Assembly (NCBI GenBank): GCA_943788985.1
Contig: CALSSJ010000017.1
Span: 128,001 to 192,000 of the forward strand
Direction: 5' to 3'
Length of the DNA stretch: 64,000 bases
From: an uncultured Lentisphaerales bacterium
Lineage (GTDB): Bacteria > Verrucomicrobiota > Lentisphaeria > JABSQK01 > UBA12247
The stretch's first letter is position 1, and each line of letters begins with the position of its first letter. The position numbers were made by a program, and so were the translations under genes. Under the pieces are notes generated by a model that was not told where the DNA came from, made no database searches, and saw nothing but the letters and a program-made list of their open reading frames with translations. This document shows positions 60,655-64,000 of this stretch, piece after piece.

Positions 60655-62454
60655 TCAAACGCTGGTCTGCTCGTCTCGATCTTTTCGCTTGGGCAGCTGA
60701 ACCTGGATGTGCAGTTCTTTGAGCTGACGCCGCGAGACGTTCGACGGCGCGCCCATCATCAAATCCTGTGCCTGCTGATTAAACGGGAAGGCAATCACCT
60801 GCCGAATCGTATCAGCGCGGCTCAACAACATTACGATCCGGTCCACACCCGGTGCGATCCCGGCATGCGGCGGAGCACCGTGACGAAACGCATTCACCAT
60901 GCCGGAGAACTCTGTCTCGACCTCTTCGTTCGAGTAGCCAGCGATCTCGAAAGCCTTGAACATCAAGTCCACGCGGTGGTTTCGCACTGCCCCACTGGAC
61001 AGCTCGACGCCGTTGCAGACCAAATCATACTGATAGGCCAGAACATCCAGCGGCTCCTGCGTTTCCAGGGCTTCCATCTCGCCTTGCGGCATCGAGAATG
61101 GATTGTGCGAGAAGGCAATCTTGCCATTGTCGCCCAGTTCAAACATCGGATAGTCCACGATCCAGCAGAAGCGGAATGCGTTCTCTTCCAGCAACTGAAG
61201 TCTACTGCCCAGCTCTGCAATCACCGCAGCGCCAATGCTGCAGGAGGCCGCCGGCCGGTCACAGATGAAGAACATCACGTCCCCGTCTTCGACTTCACCA
61301 GCCGCCTTGATCTGCTCCAACGCTTCTTCCGTCAGGAATTTCGAGATAGGGCTACGCTCCTGGCCATCTTTAAAGCCAATATAAGCAAGGCCCTTCGCGC
61401 CCACAGATTGGGCAAACTCGATCATCTCGTCGAAGAACTTGCGCGACTGGTCGTAAATGCCTTTCGCCTTGATCGCGCGGACTACCGCGCCCTTCTCAAT
61501 TGGGCGGGCAAACGCCTTGAAGTCGCTTCCACGAAAGCTGTCGGTAACATCGACCAACCGCAGCGGATTGCGCAAGTCCGGCTTGTCGCAGCCAAACTCC
61601 GCCATTGCCTGCTTGTACGGGATCCGCACGTATGCGCCTTGATCCACAGCCGCGGCGTCCGCAAACTTCTTAAACACGCCACCGAGGACGGACTCGACCA
61701 CCTCGAAGACATCGTCCTGGGTTGCGAAGCTCATTTCAAGATCGAGCTGATAGAACTCACCCGGTGAGCGATCCGCCCGCGCATCCTCATCCCGGAAGCA
61801 TGGGGCAATCTGAAAGTAACGATCGAAGCCAGCGACCATCAGCAGCTGCTTGAACTGCTGCGGTGCCTGCGGCAGCGCATAGAACTGGCCAGGATGGATG
61901 CGGCTGGGAACTAGATAGTCACGCGCACCTTCCGGCGAGCTGCTGGTCAAAATCGGCGTTTGCAGGTCATTAAAGCCCAGTGCAGTCATCCGCGACCGCA
62001 GCTCGGCGATAATCTGGGAGCGCAGGATAATGGCGTCATGCAGGCTCTGGCGGCGTAGCTCGAGAAAACGATAGGTCAAGCGCGTCGATTCCGGACAGAC
62101 GGTCTCGTCTGCGATCGGAAAGGGCAGCCCCTCACATGGCCCGAGGATGGTCATCGTCTCAGCGCGCAGCTCGATTTCACCTGTGGGCAGGCGCTTGTTT
62201 ACGGTGTCGAGCTCGCGCTCTACTATCTCTCCCGTGAAACAGATTACCGTTTCTAGACGCCAGTGATCTACGCCGGCAAAAAACTCGCGTTCCGGCTGGA
62301 TCACCACTTGAGTGATGCCGTAGTGATCGCGAAGATCGATAAAAGTAACTCCGCCGTGGTCCCGGACGCGATGCACCCAGCCGGACAGACGTGCTTGTTG
62401 GCCTACGTGCGCACTGCGCAAGTCGGCGCAGGTATGGCTGCGATATGAGTGCAT
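60655..62454 (-). CDS. aspS: Aspartate--tRNA ligase
   Basis: YRSHTC, RDHGG..FIDLRD, PEGARDYLVPSR, CFRDEDARADR, GAPPHAGIAPGVDR. Confidence 0.98.
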   Translation of the reverse strand: MHSYRSHTCADLRSAHVGQQARLSGWVHRVRDHGGVTFIDLRDHYGITQVVIQPEREFFAGVDHWRLETVICFTGEIVERELDTVNKRLPTGEIELRAETMTILGPCEGLPFPIADETVCPESTRLTYRFLELRRQSLHDAIILRSQIIAELRSRMTALGFNDLQTPILTSSSPEGARDYLVPSRIHPGQFYALPQAPQQFKQLLMVAGFDRYFQIAPCFRDEDARADRSPGEFYQLDLEMSFATQDDVFEVVESVLGGVFKKFADAAAVDQGAYVRIPYKQAMAEFGCDKPDLRNPLRLVDVTDSFRGSDFKAFARPIEKGAVVRAIKAKGIYDQSRKFFDEMIEFAQSVGAKGLAYIGFKDGQERSPISKFLTEEALEQIKAAGEVEDGDVMFFICDRPAASCSIGAAVIAELGSRLQLLEENAFRFCWIVDYPMFELGDNGKIAFSHNPFSMPQGEMEALETQEPLDVLAYQYDLVCNGVELSSGAVRNHRVDLMFKAFEIAGYSNEEVETEFSGMVNAFRHGAPPHAGIAPGVDRIVMLLSRADTIRQVIAFPFNQQAQDLMMGAPSNVSRRQLKELHIQVQLPKRKDRDEQTSV

Positions 62455-62538
62455 GTCTATTTCCCCGAAAACAAAAGCGGGTACTATACGCGTACGCATC
62501 GAATTGGCCACATCCCCCTGCAGCCACGGCCTTATCGT

Positions 62539-63810
62539 CTATTGGTGCCGCAACGCGGCGATCGGGTCCAGGCGGGCTGCACGCAGCGCCGGATAGATCC
62601 CGAAAACAAGGCCGATCCCCAAGCTGATCCCCAAGGAAACGACCAAACTAGAACTGGTGACCGCCGTCGGCATCTCGGCAAAGTGCGTGATTAGCCACGG
62701 GATCAGAACCCCCACGCCGAGGCCCAGGGCGCCGCCAGCAATGGACAGCACCACAGTTTCGATCATAAACTGCATCACGATCTGCCGCCGCTTGGCACCA
62801 ATCGCTCGTCGAATCCCAATCTCGCGAATGCGCTCAGTCACCGACGCCAGCATGATGTTCATAATTCCAATCCCCCCCACCAGCAAGCTGATCGCGGCAA
62901 TCGAGCCGAGTACAATGCGAGAGGTCCGCTTAGTCTCTTCGGCCTGCCGTATCAGCGCCTGCGGAACGCTCAGGTCATAGTCACCATTCTTGTGAAAACT
63001 GGCCAGCAACGTTTCGACAGCGTCTGCCACAGGCGAGACCTGGCCTACCGTTGCCACCTGAATAATGAGCGTGTGCAGCTCAACCCGTTCACTGCTGAAG
63101 CTGCCAGACTTGCGCTCCATAGCCAGATCACCGAACTTCTCACGGCAGGCACTGAATGGGATGTACACGTCCTTGTTGCTATCGGGCGTCTTAAGAACTC
63201 CAGCGGAGTTGGCGCTGCGTACGATCCCGACGATGCGAAAGTAGTTCCGCCCGATCCGCACCGATTCGCCGATACATTCTTCGGTGGCCAGCAGCTTGCG
63301 GGCAAGAGATTCGGCTAGCACGCAGACGCCCCGCTTCTCCGCAATGTCCGTGTCATTTAGCCACCGTCCCGCGACCAGTGGCCGATCTACCAGCAACGCC
63401 CACTCCGGGGTAGTCCCGACCACCCGCATATCTTCGGTTCGATCCCGGAAGCGCGCTTCCTTCTGAAAGAGCTTCGCCGGCACCAGATGCGAGATGTGCG
63501 GTATGGAGTCGCGAATTCGCTGCTCATCCTTATAAAGCAGGCCATATGTAAGGACAAAGCTTTCCCTAGATCTCTGCCCTGTTCCCTGGGACACGGGCTT
63601 CTTTGAGGTGATGATGATGTTGTTGCTGCCGAGTTTCCGAATCTGCTCCAGAGCCACCTGACTGGCACCTTCGCCCACGGCCAGCATAGCGATCACGCTG
63701 CCGACGCCAAAAACCACACCGAGCATCGTCAGAAATGAGCGCAGCTTATGCAGCAGCAGGGTCTTCACCCCCATTCGCACGTTGCGTACGACCAGCGTTG
63801 CCTGCTTCAT
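62539..63810 (-). CDS. MacB-like ABC permease
   Basis: [64 protein letters not shown]. Confidence 0.95.
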   Translation of the reverse strand: MKQATLVVRNVRMGVKTLLLHKLRSFLTMLGVVFGVGSVIAMLAVGEGASQVALEQIRKLGSNNIIITSKKPVSQGTGQRSRESFVLTYGLLYKDEQRIRDSIPHISHLVPAKLFQKEARFRDRTEDMRVVGTTPEWALLVDRPLVAGRWLNDTDIAEKRGVCVLAESLARKLLATEECIGESVRIGRNYFRIVGIVRSANSAGVLKTPDSNKDVYIPFSACREKFGDLAMERKSGSFSSERVELHTLIIQVATVGQVSPVADAVETLLASFHKNGDYDLSVPQALIRQAEETKRTSRIVLGSIAAISLLVGGIGIMNIMLASVTERIREIGIRRAIGAKRRQIVMQFMIETVVLSIAGGALGLGVGVLIPWLITHFAEMPTAVTSSSLVVSLGISLGIGLVFGIYPALRAARLDPIAALRHQ

Positions 63811-64000
63811 ACCTGCTCGCCTTCCACGCGCTCGATGCGCCCATCACGCATGTAGAGTTGCGCCCCGGCATAGGCGGCGATCTCAGGTTCATGCGTCACC
63901 GTCAGAATGGTCTTCCCCTGCTGATTCAACCGCTGCAGAAGCTCCATAATTTGCACGCCCGTGGCGCTGTCCAAATTGCCAGTTGGCTCATCAGCCAGAA
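63807..64000 (-). CDS. ABC ATPase, C-terminal part (truncated by the window edge)
   Basis: [35 protein letters not shown]. Confidence 0.93.
   Translation of the reverse strand, partial: LADEPTGNLDSATGVQIMELLQRLNQQGKTILTVTHEPEIAAYAGAQLYMRDGRIERVEGEQV

Noticed and set aside
60634..61767. 377-aa plus-strand ORF and many similar long overlapping ORFs
   Set aside because: These are antisense or alternate-frame shadows of well-supported genes (here aspS), as expected at high GC.

Overview
A 64 kb, GC-rich bacterial chromosomal segment. It most likely comes from a PVC-superphylum organism (Lentisphaerae-like). This is inferred from a prepilin/DUF1559-type remnant, sulfatase remnants, an ECF-sigma/FecR pair, FHA-PEGA and TMTC-like genes, and a eukaryotic-type hisA. 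Most genes are housekeeping or metabolic: metG, ndk, ilvD, typA, hisA, panB, DAHP synthase, rubredoxin, pepF, yejB/yejE, mdh, pgl, rpiB, ddl, prc, aspS, ABC exporters, tRNA-Pro(GGG) and tRNA-Ser(CGA). Between them lie one intact Phd-VapC toxin-antitoxin (TA) pair, several compressed gene-debris patches and at least three families of short dispersed intergenic repeats. I saw no CRISPR array, rRNA, intact IS or prophage. The best candidates for undescribed biology are: (1) a secreted DUF4105 Cys/His enzyme next to a giant secreted Ser/Thr/acidic protein with a DUF2388-like tail; (2) an excisionase-type HTH fused to a catalytically degenerate GspE/PilB ATPase; (3) a ligand-less Rieske-fold insertion in the YejB permease; (4) a eukaryote-like N-terminal Gln amidohydrolase (NTAQ1/WDYHV1) within a peptide-handling gene run. 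Five +1 frameshifts at short base runs between 29.4 and 42.1 kb are probably sequencing errors. All family assignments come from motif recognition by eye; no database search was run.
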